64,000 nucleotides of DNA from Alphaproteobacteria bacterium (lineage in GTDB: Bacteria; Pseudomonadota; Alphaproteobacteria; SP197), in assembly GCA_964291265.2 (NCBI GenBank), contig OZ219747.1, positions 3,488,001 through 3,552,000 of the forward strand, given 5' to 3'. The notes under the pieces were generated by a model. It searched no databases. It saw only the letters and a program-made list of their open reading frames with translations, and was not told the origin of the DNA. Positions 40,782 through 50,919 of the stretch are shown in pieces (positions within the stretch are counted from its first letter, which is position 1; each line of letters opens with the position of its first letter). The translations under genes were made by a program, and so were the position numbers.

Positions 40782-42551
40782 TCAGCGCATGACCTCCCTG
40801 GGTTCGACACCAACTAGACGCAGGCCACGGGCAATCACCTGCCGTGTTGCCGCACCGAGCGCAAGTCTGGCGCGTGTCAGTTCCGTGTCACCATCCACAA
40901 CAAACCGCAGGCAGGGGTCATCCCTGCCCGTGTTCCACAGTGCGTGAAACTCACCGGCAAGCGTGCTGAGCCAGGCGACGACGCGATGGGGTTCGTGAGC
41001 GGCAGCGGCGGCATCGATGACGGCCGGCCAGCCGGCGAGGGTCCTGATGAGGGCGATCTCGCGGGGCGCGGTGAGGCGGACGAGTGGCGCACCGGCGAGT
41101 CCGGACGAGTCGATCCCGGCCTCCTCGGCCTTGCGCAGGACCGAGCAGATGCGTGCGTGGGCATACTGGACATAGAACACTGGATTGTCCTTCGACTGTT
41201 CCAGCGCCTTCGCCGGATCGAAGTCAAGGGGCACATCGTTGCGGCGTGTCACCATGATGAACCTCAACACGTCCTTGCCAACCGATTCGACGACCTCGCG
41301 CATGGTGACGTAGCGACCGGCCCGTTTCGACATTCTCGCCAGCCGGTCCTTGCCGGTGAAGCGCACGAGCTGGGTCAGCAGGATGTCGAAGGAAGCCCGA
41401 CCATCCGAGAGCGCTGCCACCGCGGCCTTGAGCCGCTTGACGTAGCCGGCATGATCGGCCCCGAAGACATTGATGATGAGATCGAATCCTCTCTCGACCT
41501 TGTCGTTGTGATAGGCGATGTCCGGGGCGAAGTAGCTCCAGGAGCCATCGGACTTCCTGAGCGGCCGATCAAGATCGTCGCCAAAGCGCGTGGAGCGGAA
41601 CAGGGTCTGCGGCGCAGGCTCCCAATCCTCGGGCTCCCTGCCCTTCGGCCGCTCCAGCACGCCGGTGTAGATGAGGCCACGGGCATCGAGCTTCTCCAGA
41701 CACTTCTCGATCCCACCGGACTCCATCATGGCGCGCTCCGAGCTGAACACTTCCTGATGAATCCCCGCCAGAGCAAGATCGTGGCGAACGATGTCCATCA
41801 TCCTTTCGATGACGAAGAAGCGGACTTCGACGAGAGGTTCCGGCAACGGCAGGCTGCCAGGCCGGCGATCGCCGATGGCCTCCTTCAAGGTCGTTCCGTA
41901 CTTGTCGGCGAGAGCCCTGCCCGTCTCGACGAGGTAGTCGCCAGGGTAGAGCGACTCCAGGACCGTTGCGTCCGCGGATTCACCGAGCGCCTCAAGGTAC
42001 CGGACATAGGCGGACCAGGCGAGGACATCGACCTGGGTTCCGGCATCGTTGATATAGTACTCCCTCGTCACCCTCCAGCCGACGGCCTCGAGCAGGGAAG
42101 CCAGGACATCGCCAATCACGGCGCCGCGCGCCGTCCCCACATGAAGTGGTCCGGTGGGATTGGCTGACACGTACTCGACGCAGGCCTTGCGACCCCGGCC
42201 GCGGTCCGCCAGCAGGGCGTCGGGACCATGGGCAAGAAGACGCTCCAGCCACGTGTGCCAGAAGCTGTCGCGAAGCGTGATGTTGATGAAGCCCGGGCCG
42301 GCGCTGACGGCCGTCGCCACGTCGGGATCCCGGCGCAGTTCGCTGGCGATCAGGTCCGCGATCTGGCGTGGCGCCATGCCGTTCGCCCCGGCCAGCACGA
42401 GAGCGGCGTTGCTCGCAAGGTCACCGTGAGCAGCCTGGCGTGGTCCGGACACCTGGATGCGATCGACTGCACCACCGGCAACGACCCCGTTCCTCTCAAG
42501 CACCTCCACGACAGTGCGGATGCGCGAGGTAAACTCTTCGTGGACATTCAT
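40782..42551 (-). CDS. argS: Arginine--tRNA ligase
   Basis: EYVSANPTGPLHVG, GADH, MSKRAG, YVQYAHAR. Confidence 0.97.
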   Translation of the reverse strand: MNVHEEFTSRIRTVVEVLERNGVVAGGAVDRIQVSGPRQAAHGDLASNAALVLAGANGMAPRQIADLIASELRRDPDVATAVSAGPGFINITLRDSFWHTWLERLLAHGPDALLADRGRGRKACVEYVSANPTGPLHVGTARGAVIGDVLASLLEAVGWRVTREYYINDAGTQVDVLAWSAYVRYLEALGESADATVLESLYPGDYLVETGRALADKYGTTLKEAIGDRRPGSLPLPEPLVEVRFFVIERMMDIVRHDLALAGIHQEVFSSERAMMESGGIEKCLEKLDARGLIYTGVLERPKGREPEDWEPAPQTLFRSTRFGDDLDRPLRKSDGSWSYFAPDIAYHNDKVERGFDLIINVFGADHAGYVKRLKAAVAALSDGRASFDILLTQLVRFTGKDRLARMSKRAGRYVTMREVVESVGKDVLRFIMVTRRNDVPLDFDPAKALEQSKDNPVFYVQYAHARICSVLRKAEEAGIDSSGLAGAPLVRLTAPREIALIRTLAGWPAVIDAAAAAHEPHRVVAWLSTLAGEFHALWNTGRDDPCLRFVVDGDTELTRARLALGAATRQVIARGLRLVGVEPREVMR

Positions 42552-43693
42552 GGTTCTTGGCGTACCAGGCGTTGATGTTCCCTGCGGGCGAAGCGATCAG
42601 TCATACCGGCAAGGTAGTCGGCGGCAAGGCGCACGCGGTCTGCTTCGTCACACCCGTCCAGATGTTCCTTCCATTCGACCGGGAGGAGTCGTGGATCGTC
42701 GCGGAAGGCGGAGAACAGGTCGCCGAGTATGGTTCCGGCCTCCCTGGTCTGCCCCTGCAACCGTTCGTGGCAGTACATATTGGCGAAGAGCCACACCTTC
42801 AAGCCCGCCGCCGATTCTGCGAAGGTCTCGCTGAAACCGATGACCGGTGCGTCGTGCCAGCGGACATCATCGGCCGACAGCGGGTGCACTCTGGCCAGGG
42901 TCGCGCGCGACGTCTCGATCAAGTCCCGGACCTGGGCATCGATGATCTTTCTCATGGTTTCGTGGATCTTGCGTTCCAGGGGCGCATCGGGCCAGCATTC
43001 CCCGACCTCCTGGATGGCCGCTGATGCAACCGGCACGTCGGCGAGATCGTCCAATGCGAAGAGGCCCATTCTCAGGCCATCGTCGAGATCATGGCCGTTG
43101 TAGGCAATGTCGTCGGCCAGCGAGGCGACCTGGGCCTCCGCGCCGGGGAACGAATCGACCTCGAGATCCTGCACGAGGTTGTAGTGCGCGATAGCCGGCG
43201 GCACCGCTGACAGCAGGGGACCGTTGTGCTTGACCACGCCTTCAAGAGTCTCCCAGGTCAGGTTGAGGCCGTCGAAGGCCGCGTAGGGAGATTCCAGCCG
43301 CGTGAGGATGCGGAAGGTCTGGATGTTGTGGCTGAAGCCGCCCCACCGCGTCATCGCTTCATCGAGAACCTTCTCGCCGATGTGACCGAACGGGGTGTGA
43401 CCGAGATCATGGGCCAGCGCGATCGCCTCGGTCAGGTCCTCGTCGAGAGACAGACTGCGCGCGACGGTCCGGGCTATCTGCGCCACCTCGAGGGAATGGG
43501 TCATGCGGGTGCGGTGGTGGTCGCCGTGAACCGTGGCGAAAACCTGCGTCTTGTGCATCAGACGGCGGAAGGCCCTGCTGTGAAGGATGCGGTCACGGTC
43601 TCTCTGGTACTCGCTGCGATAGCAGGATGGCTGCTCGGCGTAGCGGCGGCCACGGCTCGTCGTTGGGTGTGCGGCATAGGGTGCTGACATCAT
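42548..43693 (-). CDS. dgt: Deoxyguanosinetriphosphate triphosphohydrolase
   Basis: RDRDRILHSRAFRRL, HDLGHTPFGH, ADDIAY. Confidence 0.93.
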   Translation of the reverse strand: MMSAPYAAHPTTSRGRRYAEQPSCYRSEYQRDRDRILHSRAFRRLMHKTQVFATVHGDHHRTRMTHSLEVAQIARTVARSLSLDEDLTEAIALAHDLGHTPFGHIGEKVLDEAMTRWGGFSHNIQTFRILTRLESPYAAFDGLNLTWETLEGVVKHNGPLLSAVPPAIAHYNLVQDLEVDSFPGAEAQVASLADDIAYNGHDLDDGLRMGLFALDDLADVPVASAAIQEVGECWPDAPLERKIHETMRKIIDAQVRDLIETSRATLARVHPLSADDVRWHDAPVIGFSETFAESAAGLKVWLFANMYCHERLQGQTREAGTILGDLFSAFRDDPRLLPVEWKEHLDGCDEADRVRLAADYLAGMTDRFARREHQRLVRQEP

Positions 43694-43783
43694 GGTGTCC
43701 CGTTGTTACCCCATCGCATGCAGGATTGACAGCAAGCGGCGGCGCCCTTACGTAGTGATGGTGAACCAGGCAGGAGGCGGACG

Positions 43784-44125
43784 ATGGGCGACACCCCTCT
43801 CCACGATGGCATCAACGTCTCCGAGGATGCTGCTGCCAGGATCAGCGACATCATGGCCGGAGAGGATGGCGGCCGCCTGCGGATCGTCGTGACCGGCGGC
43901 GGCTGTTCGGGGTTCCAGTACCACTTCACGGTCGACGAGGGTCCCGAGGAAGGTGATGTCGAGTACGGCGCGGACGATGCGCGGGTCGTGATCGACGATG
44001 TCTCCCTTCGATACCTTGCCGGCTCCACGCTGCAGTTCGTGAACAGTCTCGAGGGCAGCTACTTCACTCTCGACAACCCCAACGCCACGTCGTCGTGCGG
44101 CTGTGGCACGTCGTTCGCGATCTGA
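43784..44125 (+). CDS. erpA: Fe-S cluster insertion protein (HesB/ErpA family)
   Basis: GGGCSGFQY, CGCGTSF. Confidence 0.88.
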   Translation: MGDTPLHDGINVSEDAAARISDIMAGEDGGRLRIVVTGGGCSGFQYHFTVDEGPEEGDVEYGADDARVVIDDVSLRYLAGSTLQFVNSLEGSYFTLDNPNATSSCGCGTSFAI

Positions 44126-44145
44126 CACGTCGGCCTTGCCGGCCC

Positions 44146-44919
44146 ATGAAGATCGCCACCTGGAATGTCAACTCGATCAGGGTACGGTTGCCCAATGTCC
44201 TGAAGTGGCTTGAGGCCCGGCAGCCGGATGTCGTCCTGTTGCAGGAGCTCAAGACCGTCACGGAGACCTTCCCGCACGATGCCGTCGGCGATCTCGGATA
44301 CAACTGCGCGGTGGCCGGTCAAAAGGCGCTGAACGGAGTCGCCGTCCTCTCCAAGTCTCCCATCGACATCGAGACGACCTGCCTCCCGGGTGATCCGGAT
44401 GACGCACAGGCACGTTACATGGAGGTCTTCACGTGCGGCCTCAGGGTTGCCTCGATCTATCTCCCCAACGGCAATCCTGCCCCGGGTGACAAGTTTGCCT
44501 ACAAACTGGCCTGGATGCGGCGCTTGGTCGACCATGCCCGCGGTCTCCTTGCCCACGAGGAGGCGGTCATTCTCGGTGGCGACTTCAATGTGTGCCCCAC
44601 CGACGACGATGTACACGACCCGGCTCTCTGGGAAGGCGATGCTCTCACCCGCGGCGAGTCGCGGGCGCTCTTTCGCGAACTCGTGTGGTCGGGCTACACG
44701 GAGGCCTATGCCGCATTGCACACCACGACGGCGGGCGCCTGGACGTTCTGGGACTACCAGGGGGGCGCCTGGCCCAAGGACCACGGTGTCAGAATCGACC
44801 ACTTTCTGCTCTCTCCCCATGCGGCGGACCGCCTGGTGGCGTGCGACATCGACCGTGCACCTCGCGCCTGGCCAAGGGCGTCGGACCACACGCCTGTCGT
44901 CTGCCAGCTCGATGCCTGA
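44146..44919 (+). CDS. xth: Exodeoxyribonuclease III
   Basis: MKIATWNVNSIR, LQELK, GDFN, RIDH, SDHTP. Confidence 0.95.
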   Translation: MKIATWNVNSIRVRLPNVLKWLEARQPDVVLLQELKTVTETFPHDAVGDLGYNCAVAGQKALNGVAVLSKSPIDIETTCLPGDPDDAQARYMEVFTCGLRVASIYLPNGNPAPGDKFAYKLAWMRRLVDHARGLLAHEEAVILGGDFNVCPTDDDVHDPALWEGDALTRGESRALFRELVWSGYTEAYAALHTTTAGAWTFWDYQGGAWPKDHGVRIDHFLLSPHAADRLVACDIDRAPRAWPRASDHTPVVCQLDA

Positions 44920-45697
44920 TCACGCCTCGACGCAGCTCTTCTCGCCTGGCAGCCAAAGGAAGGGACGCCATGCCAGGGGGCGCCTCGGCTTCGTCCTTCT
45001 CAACACCGAAGAGACGGCAGACGACGACATCCGGGCGATGGCGCCCCCGGATGTCGGCGTCTTCTGCACCAGGGTGCGGCTTGCCGATCCCGTGACCGTG
45101 CAGAACCTGGCTGCGGTTGCCGGAGACCTGGGCGACGCAGCCCGCCTGCTCCCCGAAAACCTCGACGCCATCGCCTATGTGTGCACGTCCGGCAGTATCG
45201 CCGCGGGAGAGGCTGCTGTGGAGCGCGCCATAAGGGGCGTCCAGCCGGAGACCAGTCCCGTGGCGCTCGTCACATGTGTCGTCGAGGCCCTGCGCCATCT
45301 CGGGATCACCCGGGTGGCCCTGGGCACGCCCTATCTCGACGAGGTCAACCGCATGGAGGCCAGGTTCCTCGAAGGCCGCGGATTCGACATCTGTTCGATG
45401 CGTGGACTTGGCATTGCCCGGGGCCGGGACATGGCACGGGTCGAGCCCCGCGACATCGTGCGCCTCGCCCTCGACGTCTGCACGCGCGATTGTGACGGAA
45501 TCTTCCTGTCGTGCACCGCCCTGCGCGCCGTCGAGGTCGTGGACGCCATCGAGGAACGGACCGGCCGACCGGTGGTGACCAGCAATCAGGCGCTCGTCTG
45601 GCGCATGCTGCGCCAGATCGGGGTCCATGATGCAGGAGCCGGGCCCGGCACGCTGTTCCGCCAGCGGGCGCCTGTCGACATGTCGCGTGCGCGTTGA
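44912..45697 (+). CDS. Asp/Glu racemase superfamily protein (maleate isomerase/arylmalonate decarboxylase-like)
   Basis: YVCTSGS, GTPY, FLSCTAL, PVVTSNQA. Confidence 0.85.
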   Translation: MPDHASTQLFSPGSQRKGRHARGRLGFVLLNTEETADDDIRAMAPPDVGVFCTRVRLADPVTVQNLAAVAGDLGDAARLLPENLDAIAYVCTSGSIAAGEAAVERAIRGVQPETSPVALVTCVVEALRHLGITRVALGTPYLDEVNRMEARFLEGRGFDICSMRGLGIARGRDMARVEPRDIVRLALDVCTRDCDGIFLSCTALRAVEVVDAIEERTGRPVVTSNQALVWRMLRQIGVHDAGAGPGTLFRQRAPVDMSRAR

Positions 45698-45758
45698 TTG
45701 ACTTGCATGTTGTCAGTCCACACACTCCCGCCCCCTTCCACTGCGAGACGGGTGGCGG

Positions 45759-48700
45759 ATGATTTCTCAGGCCTGGTCCGGACTGGCGGCGCCGCAGCCG
45801 GTTCCCGAGAGCGTCGAACTTCTCTGGCAGAGATGGCAGGCGGCAGCCGGACGGATTCGCGACCAGGAGTTGAGGGCATGGGCCCTCGACCTGCGCCCCG
45901 CCGGCGAAGGGATCCTTGATCCCGTCTTCCGCCACAGCCCCTACCTGTCACGCTGTGTGACAAGCGATCCCGAATTCGCCATGACGCTGATCGGCGACGG
46001 CCCGGACGCCGCCTTCGACCAGACCATCGCCATGGCGCAACCGGACATCGAAGGGGAAACCGAAAAGGACCTCATGGCCCGCCTGAGGCGCGCCAAGCGG
46101 CGCGCCCATCTCGCCGCCGGTCTCGCCGATGTCTCCGCCCTCTGGCCTCTCGAGCGGGTCACGGGAAACCTCTCGCAATTCGCTGAAACCGCCCTCAGGA
46201 CGGCCTGCCGACATCTCCTGCGCGCACTTCACGCAAGGGAGAGGCTCGCCCTCGCCGACCCCATGGATGCGGAAGCAGCGTGCGGACTCTTCGTTCTCGG
46301 CATGGGCAAGCTCGGAGCCGGAGAACTCAACTACTCCAGCGATATCGATCTCATCATTCTCTTTGATCCTGACATCGTGCCCACGACCGGGGCCGAGGAT
46401 CTGCAAAGGACCATGACACGTTTTGCCCAGGGGCTGACGCGAATCATCGATGCCCAGACGGCCGATGGATATGTCTTCCGCACGGACCTGAGGCTGCGCC
46501 CCGACCCGTCGTCGACGCCTCCGGCCATCTCCACTGTCTCCGCCGGAACCTATTACCGTGAATCGGCGCGCAACTGGGAACGCGCGGCCATGATCAAGGC
46601 GCGTACCGTGGCGGGCGACACGGCAAGGGGCGAGGTCTTTCTCGAGGCCCTGCAGCCCTTCATCTGGAGACGCCATCTTGATTTCGCGGCCATGCAGGAT
46701 ATCCGGACCATCAAGCAGCAGATCGACTCGTCGCGTTCACGTGACGGTGGAACGTTCATGGGACGCAATGTCAAGCTCGGCGGCGGCGGTATTCGCGAGA
46801 TCGAATTCTACGTCCAGGCCCAACAGTTGATCTGGGGTGGACGCGAACCCGCCCTGCGAACCAGGGGGAGCTGCGAGACGCTCGATATCCTCGTTGCAGG
46901 CGGGCACGTGAGCCACGGCGCAGCCATCGAGCTGAAGGATGCGTACCGTTTTCTGCGCACCCTCGAGCACCGGCTGCAGATGGTCGACGACCGTCAGACC
47001 CACAGTCTTCCCGGGACCGCGGAAGGCATCGCCAACATCGCGGCGTTCTCGGGATTTGCCGACGCCGAAACACTGGAGCGCTCGTTCATCGACGCCGTGG
47101 CCGTCGTGGAACGGCACTACGCCGACCTCTTTGCGGAAAGGGCGCAGAGCGTCAGGCAGCAACCGATGGATTTCACCGCGGATGCGGTGGATGACACGAC
47201 GTGCAGGAGCCTCGCGATGCTGGGCTACCGGGAACCCGAAAGCGCCGCCGCCACCGTCCTGGCGTGGAAGACGGAACCCTATCCGGCGCTGCGGGCTCCG
47301 CGGTCCACCGAACACCTGATGCGCGTTGCTCCTGCTGCACTCGCCGCCTTCTCCGGATTGCGCGACTGCGACGGCGTGCTGATGAAATTCGACGAGTTCC
47401 TGTCCCGCCTGCCCGCCGGCACATCCTTCTTTTCTCTCGTTGCGGCTCATCCTCACCTCCTGGAACTGCTTGGCGGGATCCTCGGGGTGGCGCCGTACCT
47501 GTCACGCTGGCTGACCCGCAACCCGTCGCTTCTGGACAGTGTTCTGGCCCGCGAGTTCACCGATCTTTCCTTCGATGACCAGGATCTGGAGGCGGAGATT
47601 GCCGAAACCGCCCGCCGGGGTCTCGTGCGCCTGTTCTATACCCTCGAGCTCGACAGGGACGGGATGACGTCCCAGCTCGCCGAAGCCACTGGCAGGGCAA
47701 GGGACTTCCAGGACGTGCTTGACGAAGTCAGGCGCTGGGCGAATGACAAGGTCTTCCAGATCGGCGTGCACCTGCTCGAGGGCATGCTGACTCCCGTCGA
47801 GGCCGCCCGCCCCCTCTCCGACATCGCCGACGCCTGCATAGCCGCCCTGCTGCCCGTCGTCGAAGGGGAATTCGAGGCGGATCATGGCCGTGTTCCCGGA
47901 GGCGCCTTCGGGATCGTCGCCTTCGGAAAGCTCGGCAGCCGGGAGATGACGGTGAGTTCGGATCTCGATCTCATGTTTCTCTACGACCAGAGCGGCAGCG
48001 AGGAGCTATCGGATGGCCGCAAGCCGCTCCCGGCCACCCAGTACTATGCGCGCCTGTGCCGGCGCCTGATCACCGCCATCACGGCGCCAACCGGACAAGG
48101 CCGCCTCTATGACGTCGACATGAGACTGCGGCCCTCCGGCAAGTCCGGTCCCATCGCCTGTTCCCTCCGTTCCTTCGAGTCCTATCAGCACGAGAACGCT
48201 TGGACTTGGGAACACCAGGCCCTCACCAGGGCCCGTGTGGTCACCGCCGGCGAACACCTTGGCGACGACTTCGCAAGGGTGTGCCAGGAGGTTCTCACCC
48301 TGGAGCGCAGCCGGGAAGCTCTCGCCGGCGACGTCGTCGCCATGCGGAACCGCATTCGTGAGGAGAACCGATCCTGCGAGCAGACCATCAAGCACATGCC
48401 AGGGGGGCTTCTCGATGTCGAGTTCATCGCCCAGTACCTGGAACTCCTGCATGCCCGTGGCGCTCCGTCGATCCTTGCCGGCAACACCTGCGGAGTCTTC
48501 GAACGGGCCGGCGAGCTCTCCCTCGTCGCCGAGGAGGTCGCCGTCGAACTCGGCGAAACGACGACACTCTGGAACAATCTCCAGGGCATGGCGCGGCTGA
48601 CCGGGAACGAGCTGACTGTCGGCAGCCTGGCCGACACCGCTCTCATGGAGCGGCTCGGCGGGCAGCTTGTCTCCCACGCCCTCGTCGATTCCATCGATCA

Positions 48701-48761
48701 TGCGGCGAAACGGGCGCGACACCACTTCGAAACGATCCTCGGCATCGACCCAGGGACATGA
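45759..48761 (+). CDS. glnE: Glutamine synthetase adenylyltransferase/adenylyl-removing enzyme
   Basis: Two nucleotidyltransferase halves: MGKLGAGELNYSSDIDL and GKLGSREMTVSSDLDL. Confidence 0.95.
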   Translation: MISQAWSGLAAPQPVPESVELLWQRWQAAAGRIRDQELRAWALDLRPAGEGILDPVFRHSPYLSRCVTSDPEFAMTLIGDGPDAAFDQTIAMAQPDIEGETEKDLMARLRRAKRRAHLAAGLADVSALWPLERVTGNLSQFAETALRTACRHLLRALHARERLALADPMDAEAACGLFVLGMGKLGAGELNYSSDIDLIILFDPDIVPTTGAEDLQRTMTRFAQGLTRIIDAQTADGYVFRTDLRLRPDPSSTPPAISTVSAGTYYRESARNWERAAMIKARTVAGDTARGEVFLEALQPFIWRRHLDFAAMQDIRTIKQQIDSSRSRDGGTFMGRNVKLGGGGIREIEFYVQAQQLIWGGREPALRTRGSCETLDILVAGGHVSHGAAIELKDAYRFLRTLEHRLQMVDDRQTHSLPGTAEGIANIAAFSGFADAETLERSFIDAVAVVERHYADLFAERAQSVRQQPMDFTADAVDDTTCRSLAMLGYREPESAAATVLAWKTEPYPALRAPRSTEHLMRVAPAALAAFSGLRDCDGVLMKFDEFLSRLPAGTSFFSLVAAHPHLLELLGGILGVAPYLSRWLTRNPSLLDSVLAREFTDLSFDDQDLEAEIAETARRGLVRLFYTLELDRDGMTSQLAEATGRARDFQDVLDEVRRWANDKVFQIGVHLLEGMLTPVEAARPLSDIADACIAALLPVVEGEFEADHGRVPGGAFGIVAFGKLGSREMTVSSDLDLMFLYDQSGSEELSDGRKPLPATQYYARLCRRLITAITAPTGQGRLYDVDMRLRPSGKSGPIACSLRSFESYQHENAWTWEHQALTRARVVTAGEHLGDDFARVCQEVLTLERSREALAGDVVAMRNRIREENRSCEQTIKHMPGGLLDVEFIAQYLELLHARGAPSILAGNTCGVFERAGELSLVAEEVAVELGETTTLWNNLQGMARLTGNELTVGSLADTALMERLGGQLVSHALVDSIDHAAKRARHHFETILGIDPGT

Positions 48762-48947
48762 GCAGCAGGCTTGAACGGCGGATGGCGGCGTTCTAGGTTT
48801 CGGACCTGATCATCGGGAATGCCAGAGACTGTCGATCGGCAAGAAGGGCACGACATCCCCGATCGTCGCCCGGGGAACCATGCGGTTCCCTGAGGTGTAC
48901 GCCATTTACGCCATTTCAGCGCCAACAGGAGAAAGCGGGTCTCAACC

Positions 48948-49289
48948 ATGGAAGTCAGGACAGAGCAAGAGGACGATGTCCTTGTCACCATCGTCAATGG
49001 TCGCATTGACAGCGCCACCGTCAGCGAGTTCCAGCACCTGATGGAGAGGGCGATCACCGATGACATCAAGAGGGTCGTCGTCGACTTCGAGAATCTGAGC
49101 TACATCAACAGCGCCGGACTGAGGGCGGTTCTCGTGATCACCAAGAGTCTGTGGACGCGCAAGGCGAAGCTGGCGCTCCATTCGCTGCAGCCATCCATCC
49201 AGGAAGTCTTCTCCATTGCCGGATTCGACAAGATCATCCAGGTCTGCGCCAGCCGGGCCGAGGCACTTGACGCCACCCGGGAAGAGTAG
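48948..49289 (+). CDS. STAS-domain anti-sigma factor antagonist (RsbV/SpoIIAA-like)
   Basis: GRID, DFENLSYINSAGL with the phospho-acceptor Ser position. Confidence 0.9.
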   Translation: MEVRTEQEDDVLVTIVNGRIDSATVSEFQHLMERAITDDIKRVVVDFENLSYINSAGLRAVLVITKSLWTRKAKLALHSLQPSIQEVFSIAGFDKIIQVCASRAEALDATREE

Positions 49290-49337
49290 GACCGCACCAC
49301 CCGTATTCCTCCGGCTCAACTTGATCATGGGCGCCAC

Positions 49338-50495
49338 ATGACCGAACCGCGCAAGATACTTGTCGTCGACGACGAACCGGACCTCGAACGCCTGATGCTG
49401 CAGAGGATGCGCCGGGAGGTCAGGCACGGCAAGTTTCGCTTCACGTTCGCCGGCAACGGTGTCGAAGCTCTCGAGGCTCTCAGCAAGGATCCCGAAATCG
49501 AGATGGTTCTCTCGGACATCAACATGCCCGAGATGGATGGCCTGACGCTGCTCGAGCAGATTCCCAAGGTGGACCCGAATATCCGTTCGGTGATTGTTTC
49601 GGCCTATGGCGACATGAAGAATATCCGCACCGCGATGAATCGCGGCGCCTTCGACTTCGTGACCAAGCCGCTGGACTTCGATGACCTGAGAGTGACCATC
49701 GACCGCACTCTTCGGCATCTCGAGATGCTCCGTGAAGCCCTGCAATCGCGCGACAAGCTCGTCGCCCTGGAGAATGAGCTCAGCGTCGGACGCGCGATGC
49801 AGCAGGCGATCCTCCCCACAAGCTTTCCGGAGACGCAGACCTATCAGGTCTTTGCCAACATGGAACCCGCCCGGGATGTCGGCGGAGACTTCTTCGACAT
49901 CCTCCATCTGCCTGACGATCGGATCGGACTGTCCATCGCGGATGTCTCGGGCAAGGGAGTTCCAGCCGCCCTTTTCATGATGTCGAGCCGTACCCTTCTC
50001 AAGGGCGCCGCGGTCGGCAGGACCTCGCCAAGCGACGTGTTGCAGGAAGTCAACGACCTGCTGAACGAGAACAACGAGACTTCGATGTTCGTGACGCTTT
50101 TCTTTGCCATCTTCGACCCCGCCTCGGGCCTGCTCACCTTTTCCAATGCAGGTCACAATCCGCCGATCATCATTCACCCCGATGGCAGCCACACGCAGTT
50201 CGGCACAACCGCTGGCGTGGCGCTCGGGATTGTGCCGGCAATGGAATACACGCAACAGCAGATCCGGCTGGAACCCGGTGACATGGCCGTCCTCTACACG
50301 GATGGCGTGACGGAGGCCGAAAACGAGGTCCAGGAACAGTTCGGTCTGGACCGCCTGACAACGCTGTTCGGCGAGTCGCCGCCGACGAGCGCCAGGGAAG
50401 CCAACAAGGCCGTGTTCGAGGCGGTCGAGGCCTTCTCGGGGAACGCTCCGCAGTTCGACGACATCACCTGCCTCACTCTCTACCGTTCGGGGTAA
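49338..50495 (+). CDS. Receiver-PP2C (SpoIIE) serine phosphatase (RsbU/RsbY-like)
   Basis: VVDDE, SDINMPEMDG, KP; then GGDFFD, ADVSGKG, YTDGVTE, DDIT. Confidence 0.93.
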   Translation: MTEPRKILVVDDEPDLERLMLQRMRREVRHGKFRFTFAGNGVEALEALSKDPEIEMVLSDINMPEMDGLTLLEQIPKVDPNIRSVIVSAYGDMKNIRTAMNRGAFDFVTKPLDFDDLRVTIDRTLRHLEMLREALQSRDKLVALENELSVGRAMQQAILPTSFPETQTYQVFANMEPARDVGGDFFDILHLPDDRIGLSIADVSGKGVPAALFMMSSRTLLKGAAVGRTSPSDVLQEVNDLLNENNETSMFVTLFFAIFDPASGLLTFSNAGHNPPIIIHPDGSHTQFGTTAGVALGIVPAMEYTQQQIRLEPGDMAVLYTDGVTEAENEVQEQFGLDRLTTLFGESPPTSAREANKAVFEAVEAFSGNAPQFDDITCLTLYRSG

Positions 50496-50499
50496 TGGG

Positions 50500-50919
50500 G
50501 TGACAGCCAGCACGACCCTGGTCATCAGAACGGCCATCGAGGAACTGCGGAAGATCGAGGCTGCCGTCGACGAGATGTCCGGCGCCGAGAGCTGGCAGCC
50601 GGACATCGAGTTCAAGATCAGGCTGGCCCTCGATGAACTGTGCACCAACGTGATCAACTACGCCCACCGCGACAGCCTCGATCACGACATGACGGTGACG
50701 ATCGAGTCCGATGACGACGAAGTGAGAGTCGAGATCATCGACGGCGGCGATCCCTTCAATCCCCTCGAGGATGCCCCGGAACCCGACACGGAATCGGCGT
50801 TGACGGACCGCGACATCGGCGGACTCGGCATCCATTTCGTCAAGACGCTCGTGGATGACGCCCGTTACTGGCGCAAGGACAACAGGAACCACCTCGCGCT
50901 CTCCAAACGGAGGAGATGA
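50500..50919 (+). CDS. Anti-sigma factor serine kinase (RsbW-like)
   Basis: LALDELCTNVINYA, DGGDPFNP, GGLGI. Confidence 0.9.
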   Translation: MTASTTLVIRTAIEELRKIEAAVDEMSGAESWQPDIEFKIRLALDELCTNVINYAHRDSLDHDMTVTIESDDDEVRVEIIDGGDPFNPLEDAPEPDTESALTDRDIGGLGIHFVKTLVDDARYWRKDNRNHLALSKRRR